From the NCBI GenBank assembly GCA_041611735.1, contig JBFIML010000008.1, positions 40,570 through 104,569 of the forward strand: a stretch of 64,000 nt of DNA, given 5' to 3'. Positions 9,592 through 19,081 of this stretch are shown here, piece by piece. The translations under genes were made by a program, and so were the position numbers. The notes under the pieces were generated by a model that was given only the letters and a program-made list of their open reading frames with translations, did no database searches and was not told the DNA's origin. How positions within the stretch are numbered: position 1 is the first letter of the stretch; each line of letters begins with the position of its first letter. The stretch comes from Myxococcota bacterium. GTDB lineage: Bacteria; Myxococcota_A; UBA9160; PR03.

Positions 9592-10602
9592 CTACCCGAG
9601 CTGCTCGACGATGGCGTCGGTGATGCGGTCCAGGTTCGCCTCGCCGCCCAGGTCGCGGGTGCGGTTGCGGGGCTCCGCCAGGGCGGCGTACACCGCGGCC
9701 TCGATGCGGCGCGCGGCCTCGGTCTCCTCCAGGTGTCGCATCATCTCCGCGGCCGAGAGGATCACGGCGCTGGGGTTGGCCAGCCGCTTGCCGGCGATGT
9801 CGGGAGCGCTGCCGTGCACCGCCTCGAAGACGGCGCAGTCGTCGCCCACGTTCATGCCGGGCACCACCCCGAGGCCCCCCACCAGCCCCGCGCAGAGGTC
9901 CGAGAGGATGTCCCCGTAGAGGTTCTCGAGCAGCAGCACGTCGAAGCGGGCAGGGTCCCGCACCAGCTGCATGGCGCAGTTGTCGATGATCAGCTCCTCG
10001 TACTCGATCTCCGTGTGGTCGCGGGCCACCTTGCGGGCGCACTCGAGGAACAGGCCGTCCGAAAGCTTCATGATGTTCGCTTTGTGGACGGCCGTGACCT
10101 TGCGGCGCCCCTGGCGCTCAGCCAGGCGGAAGGCGTAGCTCGAGATGCGCAGGCAGGCGCGCTCCGTCACCACCTTCAGGCTCTCCACGATGCCGGGCGC
10201 CACCCGGTGCTCGAGGCCCGAGTAGAGCCCCTCGGTGTTCTCGCGCACCAGCACCAGGTCTACGTTCTCGAAGCGGGCGGGGACCGAGGGGATGGAGCGC
10301 ACCGGGCGGACGCAGGCGTACAGATCCAGGCCCTGGCGCAGCTGTACGTTCGCGCTCCTGAAGCCGCCCCCGATCGGGGTGGTGACGGGACCCTTCAGGG
10401 CGACCCCGGTGCGGCGGATGGAGCGGAACACCTCGTCCGGGACGGGGCTTCCGTACTTGGCGACCACCTCGGCGCCGGCCTCGACGCGCTCCCAACGGAT
10501 CGGGACGCCGGCGGCCTCGAGGACCCGGAGGGCGGCCCCGGTCACCTCGGGCCCGATGCCGTCCCCGGAGATCAGGGTGATGGCGTGCGGCTGGCTCGAC
10601 AC
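9592..10602 (-). CDS. Isocitrate/isopropylmalate dehydrogenase family (NAD-dependent IDH-like)
   Basis: [39 protein letters not shown] and [12 protein letters not shown]. Confidence 0.92.
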   Translation of the reverse strand: MSSQPHAITLISGDGIGPEVTGAALRVLEAAGVPIRWERVEAGAEVVAKYGSPVPDEVFRSIRRTGVALKGPVTTPIGGGFRSANVQLRQGLDLYACVRPVRSIPSVPARFENVDLVLVRENTEGLYSGLEHRVAPGIVESLKVVTERACLRISSYAFRLAERQGRRKVTAVHKANIMKLSDGLFLECARKVARDHTEIEYEELIIDNCAMQLVRDPARFDVLLLENLYGDILSDLCAGLVGGLGVVPGMNVGDDCAVFEAVHGSAPDIAGKRLANPSAVILSAAEMMRHLEETEAARRIEAAVYAALAEPRNRTRDLGGEANLDRITDAIVEQLG

Positions 10603-10662
10603 TGGACTGGAATCCTCCTATATTCCGGCGCCTTGCGAACCCCCTGCGCGGAGAGCCCCGCC

Positions 10663-11307
10663 GTGAGCCTCGAGATCCTGTGCCGCAAGATCGGCATGAC
10701 GCGCGTCTTCGATGAAGAGGGCCAGGCCCTGCCGGTGACGGTGCTCGAGGCCGGCCCGAACGTCGTCGTCCAGAAGAAGACCGAAGCAACCGATGGCTAC
10801 AGCGCCCTCCAGCTCGGCTTCGCGGACTGCAAGCCACGCAACGTGACCCGCCCCCGGGCCGGCCACTTCCGCAAGGCCGGCAGCGAGCCCAGGCGCCACC
10901 TCAGCGAATGCCGCGTAACCCCCGAAGATGCCGAATCCTACCAGGTCGGCCAGGAAATCCGCTGCGACGTGTTCCAGAAGGGGCAGCGGGTGGACGTGAT
11001 CGGCACCAGCAAGGGGCGCGGCACCGCGGGCGTCGTGAAGCGCCACAACTTCTCCGTGCACGGAGCCACCCACGGCACCCACGAGTACTTCCGCCACGGG
11101 GGGTCGATCGGCGCCAGCGCCTTCCCCTCCCGGGTCATCAAGGGCATGCGTATGCCGGGCCGTCACGGCAACTCCCGGGTCACCGTCCGCAACGTCGAGG
11201 TCGTCGGAGTCGACCGGGAGCGGAACCTGCTCCTGCTGCGCGGCGCCGTGCCGGGCCATCCCAACGGCCTGGTGCGCGTGCGCCCCGCCGTGGCCGTGCG
11301 CGGCTGA
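10663..11307 (+). CDS. rplC: 50S ribosomal protein L3
   Basis: KIGMTRVF, DGYSALQLG, VDVIGTSKGRG, HGGSIG and LLRGAVPG. GTG 10663 follows GGAGAG. Confidence 0.96.
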   Translation: MSLEILCRKIGMTRVFDEEGQALPVTVLEAGPNVVVQKKTEATDGYSALQLGFADCKPRNVTRPRAGHFRKAGSEPRRHLSECRVTPEDAESYQVGQEIRCDVFQKGQRVDVIGTSKGRGTAGVVKRHNFSVHGATHGTHEYFRHGGSIGASAFPSRVIKGMRMPGRHGNSRVTVRNVEVVGVDRERNLLLLRGAVPGHPNGLVRVRPAVAVRG

Positions 11308-11311
11308 TCCC

Positions 11312-11905
11312 ACGGCCTACCGCCGCAAGGACGCCCTCCACCAGCGCGCCAAGCGCGAGGGCTACCGGTCGCGAGCCGCCTACAAGCTGCTCGAACTCCA
11401 GCGCGCCCACGGGCTGCTACGCCCCGGCCAGCGGGTGGTGGACCTCGGCTGCTGGCCCGGGGGCTGGCTGCAGGTGGCGGCGCGGAGGGTGGGGCCGGCG
11501 GGGCGGGTGGTCGGGGTGGACGTGGCGGAGGTGGAGCCCCTCGAGGGGTTTGCGAACGTGTTCCTGATCCAGGCGGACCTCACCGAGCCAGCGGTGGTCG
11601 AGGGAATTCTCGAGCTCCTCGGGGGCCCTGCGGACGTGTTCCTGTGCGATGCCGCTCCCAAGCTGACGGGCGTGCGGGCCACCGACCGCGCCCGGGAGGA
11701 GGCGCTGCTGCAGGCGGTGGAGGCCCTGGTGCCGCGCCTGCTGCGGCCTCGGGGGGACCTCGTACTCAAGCTGCTGGACGCTCCGGAGGCCGAGGCGGTG
11801 GCGTCGCGGCTGCGGCCCCGCTTCGCCCACGCCCGCGTCACGCGCCTGGCCGCCACCCGTCGCGGAAGCAGCGAGCGGTATCTGATAGGCCGGGGACGTT
11901 CTTGA
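11312..11905 (+). CDS. rlmE: 23S rRNA Um2552 methyltransferase RlmE/FtsJ (non-canonical or mutated start)
   Basis: In-frame AYRRKDALHQRAKREGYRSRAAYKL lies upstream of ORF 11435; also DLGCWPGGW, CDAAP, VLK and SSERY. The codon at the expected Met position is ACG (11312). Confidence 0.85.
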   Translation, partial: TAYRRKDALHQRAKREGYRSRAAYKLLELQRAHGLLRPGQRVVDLGCWPGGWLQVAARRVGPAGRVVGVDVAEVEPLEGFANVFLIQADLTEPAVVEGILELLGGPADVFLCDAAPKLTGVRATDRAREEALLQAVEALVPRLLRPRGDLVLKLLDAPEAEAVASRLRPRFAHARVTRLAATRRGSSERYLIGRGRS

Positions 11906-11967
11906 CGAAGCGACTTTCTCCCTCGGCGACCCGGCCGGGAAGAAGCGGATCAGTCAAGAACCTCCCC
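11892..11967. repeat. Palindromic element copy 1
   Basis: GGGGACGTTCTTGAC ... GTCAAGAACCTCCCC inverted arms between convergent rlmE and rimO. Confidence 0.85.
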
Positions 11968-13317
11968 CTCCAGGTCGACGCCGCGGACGGCGGTGAGGCG
12001 GGCCCGGCGCAGGTCGCCCGGCCGCGCCGAGCCGCGCACCCGCACGTGCCCGTCGATCTCCGGCGCCTGGGAGGGAAGCCGGCCGCGAGCGATCCCGTTG
12101 CCGCCGGCATCGATCAGGAGCGTCTGCTCGCTTCCCACCAGGACCTCGAGCTTCTGGCGCAGGATCTCGCCCTGGACCGCCAGCAGCCGGCGATGACGCT
12201 CCCGGGCCACCCGGACCGGGACCTTGCCCGGGAGCTGGAAGGCCGCCGTCCCCTCCTCGTCCGAGTAGCGGAAGAAGCCGACGCGGTCGAAGCGCAGCTC
12301 GCGGACGAAGTCGAGCAGCTCCTCGAAGTCCGACGCCGTCTCGCCCGGAAAGCCCACGATGAAGGTGGTGCGGAGCGTGACGTCGGGAATGGCCGCGCGC
12401 AGCCGCTCCACCAGCCGCCGCTGGCGGTGCTGGGTGGTGCCCCGTCGCATGGCGCGTAGCACGCGGTCGCTCGCGTGCTGCAGGGGCACGTCCACGTAGG
12501 GAAGGACCCGCCGCGCTCCCGCCACGGCCTCGATCAGCTCGTCACCGACGGCGCTCGGGTATAGGTAGAGCAGGCGGATCCAGTCGAGGCCCTCCACGGC
12601 GTCGAGGGCCCGCACCAGGTCGACGAGCCTGGGGCGCGCCGTCCCGGTCGCCGGCAGGTCCTTGCCCCACGAGGTCGAATCCTGGGCCACCAGGTTGAGC
12701 TCCCGCACGCCGAGGGCGGCCAGCTGCCGGGCCTCCGCCAGGACCGACTCGAGCGTGCGGCTCTGGAAGCGCCCGCGGATGCCCGGGATCGCGCAGAAGG
12801 CGCAGATCCGGTCGCAGCCCTCGGCGATCTTCAGGTAGGCGCTGTGAGCGGGCCCGGTCAGGATGCGCGGGTCGTGCTCGTCGTAAAGGTGGGTCCGGCC
12901 GGCCTCCACGTACACGCCACGCCCCCGACCCGCCAGGGCGTCGTCCAGGATGCGCGGCAGGTTCGGGAACTCCCCGGTGCCGACGAAGGCGTCCACCTCC
13001 GGGAGCTCCCGGGCCAGCTCGGCGCCGTAGCGTTGGGGCAGACAGCCCGTCACCACCAGCGCCCGCAGGCTCCCGCGCTCGCGCAGCTCCGCCACCTCGA
13101 GGATGGCCTGGATCGATTCCTCGCGAGCCGCCGCGATGAACGAGCAGGTGTTGACCACGGCCACGTCGGCGTCCTCGAGGCGCTCCGCCAGGACGTAGCC
13201 GGCCACGGCCAGGCGCCCGAGCATGACCTCGGTGTCGAGCTGGTTCTTCGGGCAGCCGAGCGAGCGGAAGTGAACCCGCGCCCCGGCGGCGAGGGCCACG
13301 GCGGACGACGACGCCAT
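11950..13317 (-). CDS. rimO: Ribosomal protein S12 methylthiotransferase RimO
   Basis: SLGCPKN, VNTCSFI, VTGCL.QRY, radical-[11 protein letters not shown] and QAPEIDG (TRAM). Start uncertain. Confidence 0.95.
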   Translation of the reverse strand: MASSSAVALAAGARVHFRSLGCPKNQLDTEVMLGRLAVAGYVLAERLEDADVAVVNTCSFIAAAREESIQAILEVAELRERGSLRALVVTGCLPQRYGAELARELPEVDAFVGTGEFPNLPRILDDALAGRGRGVYVEAGRTHLYDEHDPRILTGPAHSAYLKIAEGCDRICAFCAIPGIRGRFQSRTLESVLAEARQLAALGVRELNLVAQDSTSWGKDLPATGTARPRLVDLVRALDAVEGLDWIRLLYLYPSAVGDELIEAVAGARRVLPYVDVPLQHASDRVLRAMRRGTTQHRQRRLVERLRAAIPDVTLRTTFIVGFPGETASDFEELLDFVRELRFDRVGFFRYSDEEGTAAFQLPGKVPVRVARERHRRLLAVQGEILRQKLEVLVGSEQTLLIDAGGNGIARGRLPSQAPEIDGHVRVRGSARPGDLRRARLTAVRGVDLEGEVLD

Positions 13318-13397
13318 GGCGACGCAGGGTAGCAGGGGGTCGCCGGGGCCCGGGGCCTCGCATACCCTCGCCACCCGCTCCACCGGGAGATGACGCC

Positions 13398-13892
13398 GTG
13401 TCCGAACGCCCGTTCCGTGTGCTCGGAGTGCAGCAGATCGCCGTCGGCGCCCGGGACAAGGCCGCCCTGCGCCGGCTGTGGATCGACCTGCTCGGCCTCA
13501 CGCCGGAGGGCTCGTTCCGGAGCGAGACGGAGAACGTGGACGAGGACATCGCCGTGGCGGGCGCCGGGGCCCTGCGCGTCGAGGTGGATCTGATGCAGCC
13601 CATCGACCCGGAGAAGCGACCGCGCGTACACGAGCCACCGCTCAACCACGTGGGGCTGTGGGTGGACGACCTGCCGGCGGCCGTCGCGTGGCTGGGGGAG
13701 CGGGGGGTCCGCTTCACCCCGGGCGGCATCCGCAAGGGCGCGGCGGGCCACCCGGTCTGCTTCATCCATCCCAAGGGGAGCGAGTCCGAGCCCGTGGGGG
13801 GCGAGGGGGTGCTGATCGAGCTGGTGCAGGCGCCCCCCGAGGTGATCGCCGCGGTCCGGGCGGCGTCCGGCCCGGGGCCCGCGAGGCCCTGA
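13398..13892 (+). CDS. VOC/glyoxalase family protein (methylmalonyl-CoA epimerase-like)
   Basis: [25 protein letters not shown] and GVLIELVQ. Confidence 0.8.
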   Translation: MSERPFRVLGVQQIAVGARDKAALRRLWIDLLGLTPEGSFRSETENVDEDIAVAGAGALRVEVDLMQPIDPEKRPRVHEPPLNHVGLWVDDLPAAVAWLGERGVRFTPGGIRKGAAGHPVCFIHPKGSESEPVGGEGVLIELVQAPPEVIAAVRAASGPGPARP

Positions 13893-13923
13893 ACGGCCTC
13901 GAATCGGAATGCTTTCCACTCCT

Positions 13924-13950
13924 GCGGGGCAGGGGCTTCCCCTGCCCCGC
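13924..13950 (+). terminator. GC hairpin downstream of the VOC gene
   Basis: Perfect 12-bp stem GCGGGGCAGGGG-CTT-CCCCTGCCCCGC; no U-tract. Confidence 0.45.
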
Positions 13951-14074
13951 GCGCCCGCGCTAGCATGGAAACCTGAAACCCTCGGGGCAGGTTTACGTCC
14001 AATCTGCAAAGCCGTGGAGTGCCCCGACCCTGGCTCCCCCCCCACACGGGGCCGGACTGGAGGAGACATCCGTG

Positions 14075-15385
14075 ATGCATGCGCGCCCGCGCCGAATTCT
14101 CGCCTGGATCGCCGCCGCCGTGCTCGCCGCACCGGCGGCCGTCGCTCAGGAGGACACCGGAGTCGCCCCGCCCTTCAAGGAAGGCGACATCATCACCTTC
14201 GACAAGCTCGAGAAGATCCGGCCCTATCTGCCGCCGGAGTTCTGGGCGAACCGGGACTTCTTCTTCTACGAGGGCATGAAGATGGAGATCGGGCCCTCGA
14301 ACCGGGACTACTCCCCGGCTGCGGAGTTCAAGGAGGCCACGGCCCAGTTCAAGGGCCAATCCAAGATCGGCCCCGACCAGAGTCTCCAGGGCTACACCGC
14401 CGGCACGCCCTTCCCCATGGAGAGCATCGACTGCAAGGGCGACCCGCAGGCCGGCACCAAGATCATGTGGAACCACGACTACCAGTGGACCGGCGACGGC
14501 GCCGACGCCCGCTACTACTACTCCTACTGGGACCGTGGCGAGGAGCTGCCGCTCTACTACCAGGGCACCTCGAAGACCATCCAGCTCGCCAACCGGGTCG
14601 AGAAGGAGTACCTGGAGAAGAGCGAGGGCGACATGTTCCGCGGCGAGAAGCGGAAGTTCGCCTTCGGCATCGAGGTGGAGGCACCCTTCGACGCGCGCGG
14701 CATCATGCTGCTCACGTATCGCTACAAGTCCTCGGACATGGCGCGCGCCCAGGCCAAGAACGACGACACCTGGGTCTACGTGCCCACCCTGCGCCGCGTG
14801 CGCCGCATCTCGACGGCGCAGCGCACCGACGCGGTGGCCGGCACGGACTTCACGTTCGACGACCTGCGCAGCTTCTCCGGCATCGTGCCCCAGTACGAGT
14901 GGAGCTGTCTCGGCGAGATGGACATCATGGCCCCCATGAACACCAAGGTGAAGGCCTATCCGGAGAGCAAGGACCACAACTTTGGTCCCTACGGTCTGTC
15001 GTATGCCGATGATCGCTGGGAGGTGCGGCGCGTGGTGAAGGTGCGCATGAAGCCCAAGAACCAGGACCACCCCTATCACCACAAGGACATCTACATCGAC
15101 AAGGAAGCGATCACGGCGCTCTACTCCTTCGCCTACGACCAGAAGGAAGAGCTCTGGAAGATCATCTGGCACAACCACCGCTGGAGCGGCGATGGCACCT
15201 GGTACAAGGGCTGGGACGGCATCTCGGATCCGCGCGACCTGCGCATCATCTCCGACATGATCGTGAACGTGCAGACCGGCACCGGCAACCGGATCGAGTT
15301 CTGGGACAGCCACGGCAGCCCGTTCGCGAGCAAGGGCAAGGTGCGGCGCTACATCGACGTGGGCCGCCTCACCAAGGGCCGCTAG
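14075..15385 (+). CDS. DUF1329 domain periplasmic protein
   Basis: Signal peptide; AGTPFP; DDTWVYVPTLRRVRRIS...RTD; YDQKEELWK. RBS GGAGGAG. Confidence 0.85.
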   Translation: MHARPRRILAWIAAAVLAAPAAVAQEDTGVAPPFKEGDIITFDKLEKIRPYLPPEFWANRDFFFYEGMKMEIGPSNRDYSPAAEFKEATAQFKGQSKIGPDQSLQGYTAGTPFPMESIDCKGDPQAGTKIMWNHDYQWTGDGADARYYYSYWDRGEELPLYYQGTSKTIQLANRVEKEYLEKSEGDMFRGEKRKFAFGIEVEAPFDARGIMLLTYRYKSSDMARAQAKNDDTWVYVPTLRRVRRISTAQRTDAVAGTDFTFDDLRSFSGIVPQYEWSCLGEMDIMAPMNTKVKAYPESKDHNFGPYGLSYADDRWEVRRVVKVRMKPKNQDHPYHHKDIYIDKEAITALYSFAYDQKEELWKIIWHNHRWSGDGTWYKGWDGISDPRDLRIISDMIVNVQTGTGNRIEFWDSHGSPFASKGKVRRYIDVGRLTKGR

Positions 15386-15406
15386 CCCCGACGGGCACGC
15401 GACACG

Positions 15407-15437
15407 CGGGGCCGGGACGCCAGGCGTCCCGGCCCCG
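15407..15437 (+). terminator. GC hairpin downstream of the DUF1329 gene
   Basis: 14-bp perfect stem CGGGGCCGGGACGC-CAG-GCGTCCCGGCCCCG, 21 nt after the stop. Confidence 0.5.
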
Positions 15438-15513
15438 TCTGCGTTCCGGGAGGGGTTGCGTCGGGCATCCGGGGCTGCTGTGCTCGGGGGTCCGAACCCG
15501 CCCAGGAGGGCGC

Positions 15514-16668
15514 ATGCCCGACACGGTCGAGCCCTATCGGATCCAGGTCCCCGACGCCGTTCTGGAAGACCTGAGCCAGCGCCTGGCGCGCACGCGCTTC
15601 CCCGACCAGCTCGAGGGCGCTGGCTGGGACTACGGCACCGAGCTCGGCTATCTGCGCGAGCTGATCCAGTACTGGCGCGAGAAGTTCGACTGGCGGGCCC
15701 GCGAGGCCCGGCTCAACCGCCTTCCTCACTTCCGTACGGCGATCGACGGGCGCAAGCTCCACTTCATCCACGCCCGCTCGCCCCGGCCGGATGCCGTGCC
15801 GCTGCTCATGCTCCACGGCTGGCCAGGATCCGTCTGCGTGTTCGACAAGGTGATCGAGCCCCTGGCCGACCCGGCAGCGCACGGCGGGCGCGCCGAGCCG
15901 GCCTTCCACGTGGTGGTGCCCTCGCTGCCCGGCTATGGCTTCTCGGATCCGCCGCGGGAGCGGGGCTTCGACGTGCGGAGCGTGGCGGAGACCCTGGCGA
16001 AGCTCATGGCCCGCCTGGGCTACGACCGCTACGGGGTCCAGGGCGGCGACTGGGGCGCCATGATCGCCTCCCACCTGGGTCTCGTGGATGCGGAGCACCT
16101 GCGCGGTATCCACCTGAACTTCGTGGTCGCCCTGCCGCCCCCCGGCGGCGATCCCCTGCAAGGCCTCACCGATGCCGAGAAGGCCGCCTTCGCGGACATG
16201 CTGCGCTTCCAGCAGGAGGAGACCGGCTACTCGAGCATCCAGGGCACCAAGCCCCAGAGCCTCGGCTACGGGCTCAACGACTCGCCGGCCGGCCTGGCGG
16301 CGTGGATCGTGGAGAAGTTCCGGACCTGGAGCGACTGCGAGGGCGACGTGGAGCGCCGCTTCAGCAAGGACGAGCTGCTCACCAACATCACGATCTACTG
16401 GGTGACCCAGAGCATCACCGCCTCCACGCGGCTCTACTACGAGACCATGAAGGCCGGGCGCTGGGGGCCGGTTCCCGAGCGCGTGGAGGTGCCGACCGGC
16501 TGCGCGATCTTCCCGCGGGAGATCCTGCGCCCGCCGCGGCCCTGGGCCGAGCGCCTCTACAACGTGGTCCACTGGACCGAGATGCCGTCCGGCGGGCACT
16601 TCGCCGCCCTGGAGGAGCCCGAGCGCCTGGTGGCGGACGTGCGCGCCTTTGCCCGGAAGCTCCCCTGA
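15514..16668 (+). CDS. Epoxide hydrolase (microsomal type, EHN domain)
   Basis: HGWPGS, PSLPGYGFS, GGDWG nucleophile elbow and GGHFAALEEP. Confidence 0.93.
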   Translation: MPDTVEPYRIQVPDAVLEDLSQRLARTRFPDQLEGAGWDYGTELGYLRELIQYWREKFDWRAREARLNRLPHFRTAIDGRKLHFIHARSPRPDAVPLLMLHGWPGSVCVFDKVIEPLADPAAHGGRAEPAFHVVVPSLPGYGFSDPPRERGFDVRSVAETLAKLMARLGYDRYGVQGGDWGAMIASHLGLVDAEHLRGIHLNFVVALPPPGGDPLQGLTDAEKAAFADMLRFQQEETGYSSIQGTKPQSLGYGLNDSPAGLAAWIVEKFRTWSDCEGDVERRFSKDELLTNITIYWVTQSITASTRLYYETMKAGRWGPVPERVEVPTGCAIFPREILRPPRPWAERLYNVVHWTEMPSGGHFAALEEPERLVADVRAFARKLP

Positions 16669-16719
16669 GCGCTTCGATGGAGATCGCTGGCCCCGGCGCC
16701 CGGTCGCTATGCTCCGGAC

Positions 16720-17412
16720 ATGGGAAGGGGCGGTGCCATTCGTCGCTGGGCCGTGCGGATCGCGATCGCACTCACGATCGTCGGGCTCGCCGTCTTCGCC
16801 AACGCCTCGCAGCTCCTCCAGCGGGCACTGGAGACCCTGGAAGGCCTCGGGCCGGCGGCGCCCGCCCTGTTCCTGGCGCTCTACGTCGCCACCTGCGTCC
16901 TCTTCGTGCCGTCCTTCGTGTTCACCTTTGCGGCGGGCGCTCTCTTCGGTCTCCCGCTCGGCGTGGCGCTGAGCCTGCTCGGCACGGGGCTCGGGTCCGT
17001 GGCGGCCTTCGCCGTCGGACGCCACCTGGCTCGCGACGCGGTGACGCGCGCCTTCGCGGAGAATCGCCAGTTCCAGGCCCTGGCCGGCGCGGTGGCGCGC
17101 CGCGGCTGGAAGATCGTGGCCCTGGCGCGCCTCTCGCCGGTCTTCCCGTTCCTGGTCGGAAACTACGCCTTCGGCGTGACGGGCATCCCGGCGCGCCACT
17201 ACTTCGTGGCCTCGGTGCTGGGGACGATCCCCTCCGCCACCGTCTACGTCTACGTGGGCACCCTGGCCGGCGACCTGGCGGCGGCCTCGGAGCGGGGCCG
17301 CACGCCCCTCGAATGGGCCCTGTTCCTGGCCGGGCTCGCTGCCACCGTGATCCTCACCCTCTACGTACGGCGCGTGGCGCGGGTCGCCCTGGAGCGGGAA
17401 GTTCCCTCCTGA
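16720..17412 (+). CDS. TVP38/TMEM64 (DedA superfamily) membrane protein
   Basis: AAGALFG, RLSPVFPF..NYAFG and GTIP; hydrophobic helices. Confidence 0.88.
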   Translation: MGRGGAIRRWAVRIAIALTIVGLAVFANASQLLQRALETLEGLGPAAPALFLALYVATCVLFVPSFVFTFAAGALFGLPLGVALSLLGTGLGSVAAFAVGRHLARDAVTRAFAENRQFQALAGAVARRGWKIVALARLSPVFPFLVGNYAFGVTGIPARHYFVASVLGTIPSATVYVYVGTLAGDLAAASERGRTPLEWALFLAGLAATVILTLYVRRVARVALEREVPS

Positions 17413-17439
17413 CTCCCGCCCCGGCGGCGTGGACAACGA

Positions 17440-17459
17440 GATTGAAACATGTTCTAATC
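17440..17459. promoter_or_regulatory. KstR-type operator overlapping the promoter of the TetR gene
   Basis: GATTGAAACATGTTCTAATC; its core TGAAACATGTTCTA fits TnnAACnnGTTnnA. It overlaps TGGACA(17430-35)-N17-TCTAAT(17453-58). Confidence 0.85.
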
Positions 17460-17467
17460 GTGGCCCC

Positions 17468-18130
17468 ATGGGCGCGCGCACCCGTTCCGAGGCGGCGGCG
17501 GGCGGAGCCGGGTTGCCGGAGCTGCCCGGGGCACGCCTCGCCGCCAACCAGCTGCGGCGCATGCGGCGCGTGGTCGACGCGGCGGTGCGGCTGGCCGAGA
17601 AGGGCGGCTTCGAAGGGGTGCGCCTGCGCGACGTGGCGGAGCACTCGGGCGTCGCCCTCGGCACGCTCTACAAGTACTTCCACAGCAAGGAGGACATCCT
17701 CCTCTTCGCGCTGAACGAGGAGCTCGAGCGCGTCGAGCAGGCCCTGGCCGAGCGCCCGGCCTCGGGCCGCACTCCCCTCGCGCGGGTCACCGACTTCTTC
17801 CGCCGCGCCACCGAGGCCTTCCTCGGCAATCCGCAGCTCGGCCGCGCCGTGCTGCGTGCCATGGCGGGCGGCGACGCGGAGACGGCGGTGCGCATCGCCG
17901 GGGCCCAGCTGCGGGTGGCACGCCTGGTGGTGGCGGCCCTGCACGGGGAGACGCCGGACCTCGCGGCCGCTCGGGAGGCCGAGCTCGGCGACGAGCGCGA
18001 GCGCCGCATTGCCCTCACGCTCCAGTACGTGTGGTTCGCGGCGCTGGTCGGCTGGTCCGTGGGCATCCACCCCGAGTCGGCCGTGATCCACCACGTGCGC
18101 ACGGCGGCGGAGCTGATCCTGAAACGGTGA
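17468..18130 (+). CDS. TetR family regulator, KstR-like
   Basis: DAAVRLAEKGGFEGVRLRDVAEHSGVALGTLYKYFHSK HTH resembling KstR. A KstR-type box lies directly upstream, and the gene heads a sterol operon. Confidence 0.85.
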   Translation: MGARTRSEAAAGGAGLPELPGARLAANQLRRMRRVVDAAVRLAEKGGFEGVRLRDVAEHSGVALGTLYKYFHSKEDILLFALNEELERVEQALAERPASGRTPLARVTDFFRRATEAFLGNPQLGRAVLRAMAGGDAETAVRIAGAQLRVARLVVAALHGETPDLAAAREAELGDERERRIALTLQYVWFAALVGWSVGIHPESAVIHHVRTAAELILKR

Positions 18131-18134
18131 CCCG

Positions 18135-18596
18135 ATGAAGCTGCCGATCCGAGACGTCGACGGCTTCCTGTCCGCGCCCCACGTGCTCGAGTACCGCTAC
18201 CGGCGCTCGGTGGGGCCGCTGCTGGGCCGCTTCTTCGCGGGCCTGCGCGACCGGCAGCTGCTCGGCGTGCGGACTCCCGCCGGCCGCGTGCTGGTGCCGC
18301 CAACGGAGTACGATCCGGAGACCGGCGACGCCCTGGAGGAGCTCGTGCCCGTCGGGCCGGGCGGGGTCGTGACGACGTGGGCCTGGGTGGCCCGCCCGCG
18401 CCCCAAGCAGCCACTCCCCCATCCCTTCGCCTGGGCCCTGGTGCGGCCCGACGGGGCGGACACCGCCCTGCTGCACGCCGTGGACGCCGGTGGCCAGGCC
18501 CGCATGCACACGGGAATGCGCGTGCGGCCGCGCTGGCGCGAGGAGCGGGGGGGAGGCATCGGCGACCTGGTCTGCTTCGAGCCGGAGGACGCATGA
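18135..18596 (+). CDS. DUF35/OB-fold protein (no Zn-Cys)
   Basis: GRFFAGLRD..LLGVR...GRVLVPPTEYDP and HTGMRVRPRW. Confidence 0.8.
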   Translation: MKLPIRDVDGFLSAPHVLEYRYRRSVGPLLGRFFAGLRDRQLLGVRTPAGRVLVPPTEYDPETGDALEELVPVGPGGVVTTWAWVARPRPKQPLPHPFAWALVRPDGADTALLHAVDAGGQARMHTGMRVRPRWREERGGGIGDLVCFEPEDA

Positions 18597-19081
18597 GCGA
18601 GCCCGTAAAGCGCCTCGAGATCCCGGTTCGGCTGGAGTACGACTACAGCGCCGGCCGGGCCACGTCCCGCTTCCTGCGCGGCATCGCCGAGGGGCGCATC
18701 TTGGGCCAGCGTTGCCCCAGCTGCCGCAAGGTCTACGTACCTGCGCGCGGGGCCTGCCCCTGCTGCACCGTCCCCACCGAAGAGGAGGTGCAGGTCTCGG
18801 ACCGCGGCACCGTCACCACCTTCAGCATCGTGCGCGTCCCCTCGGAGAACCTCTCCGTCCCGCTTCCCTTCGCCTGCGCCCACGTCCTCCTGGACGGCGC
18901 GGACATTCCCTTCTATGGCGTGATCCAGGAGTGTCCGCTCGAGCAGGTGCGGATGGGCATGCGCGTCCAGGCGGTCTGGAAGCCCAGCGAGGAGCTCGGG
19001 CCCACCCTCGAGAGCATCCGTCACTTCCGGCCCGTCGACGAGCCGGACGCGCCCTTCGAGTCCTACCGGGAGCATCTGTGA
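18593..19081 (+). CDS. DUF35 Zn-ribbon/OB-fold protein
   Basis: CPSC..CPCC Zn ribbon, GTVTTFSIV and RMGMRVQAVW; ATGA overlap with the previous gene. Confidence 0.85.
   Translation: MSEPVKRLEIPVRLEYDYSAGRATSRFLRGIAEGRILGQRCPSCRKVYVPARGACPCCTVPTEEEVQVSDRGTVTTFSIVRVPSENLSVPLPFACAHVLLDGADIPFYGVIQECPLEQVRMGMRVQAVWKPSEELGPTLESIRHFRPVDEPDAPFESYREHL

Noticed and set aside
11892-11967. Palindromic elements as ordinary intrinsic terminators or autonomous IS elements
   Set aside because: The arms are conserved in sequence between loci, have long variable spacers and lack U-tracts. No transposase ORF is enclosed.
13961-14040. c-di-GMP-I (GEMM) riboswitch suggested by GCAAAGCC
   Set aside because: The GNRA-loop P2 stem and the P3 consensus could not be matched by eye. 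An Rfam scan would be needed.
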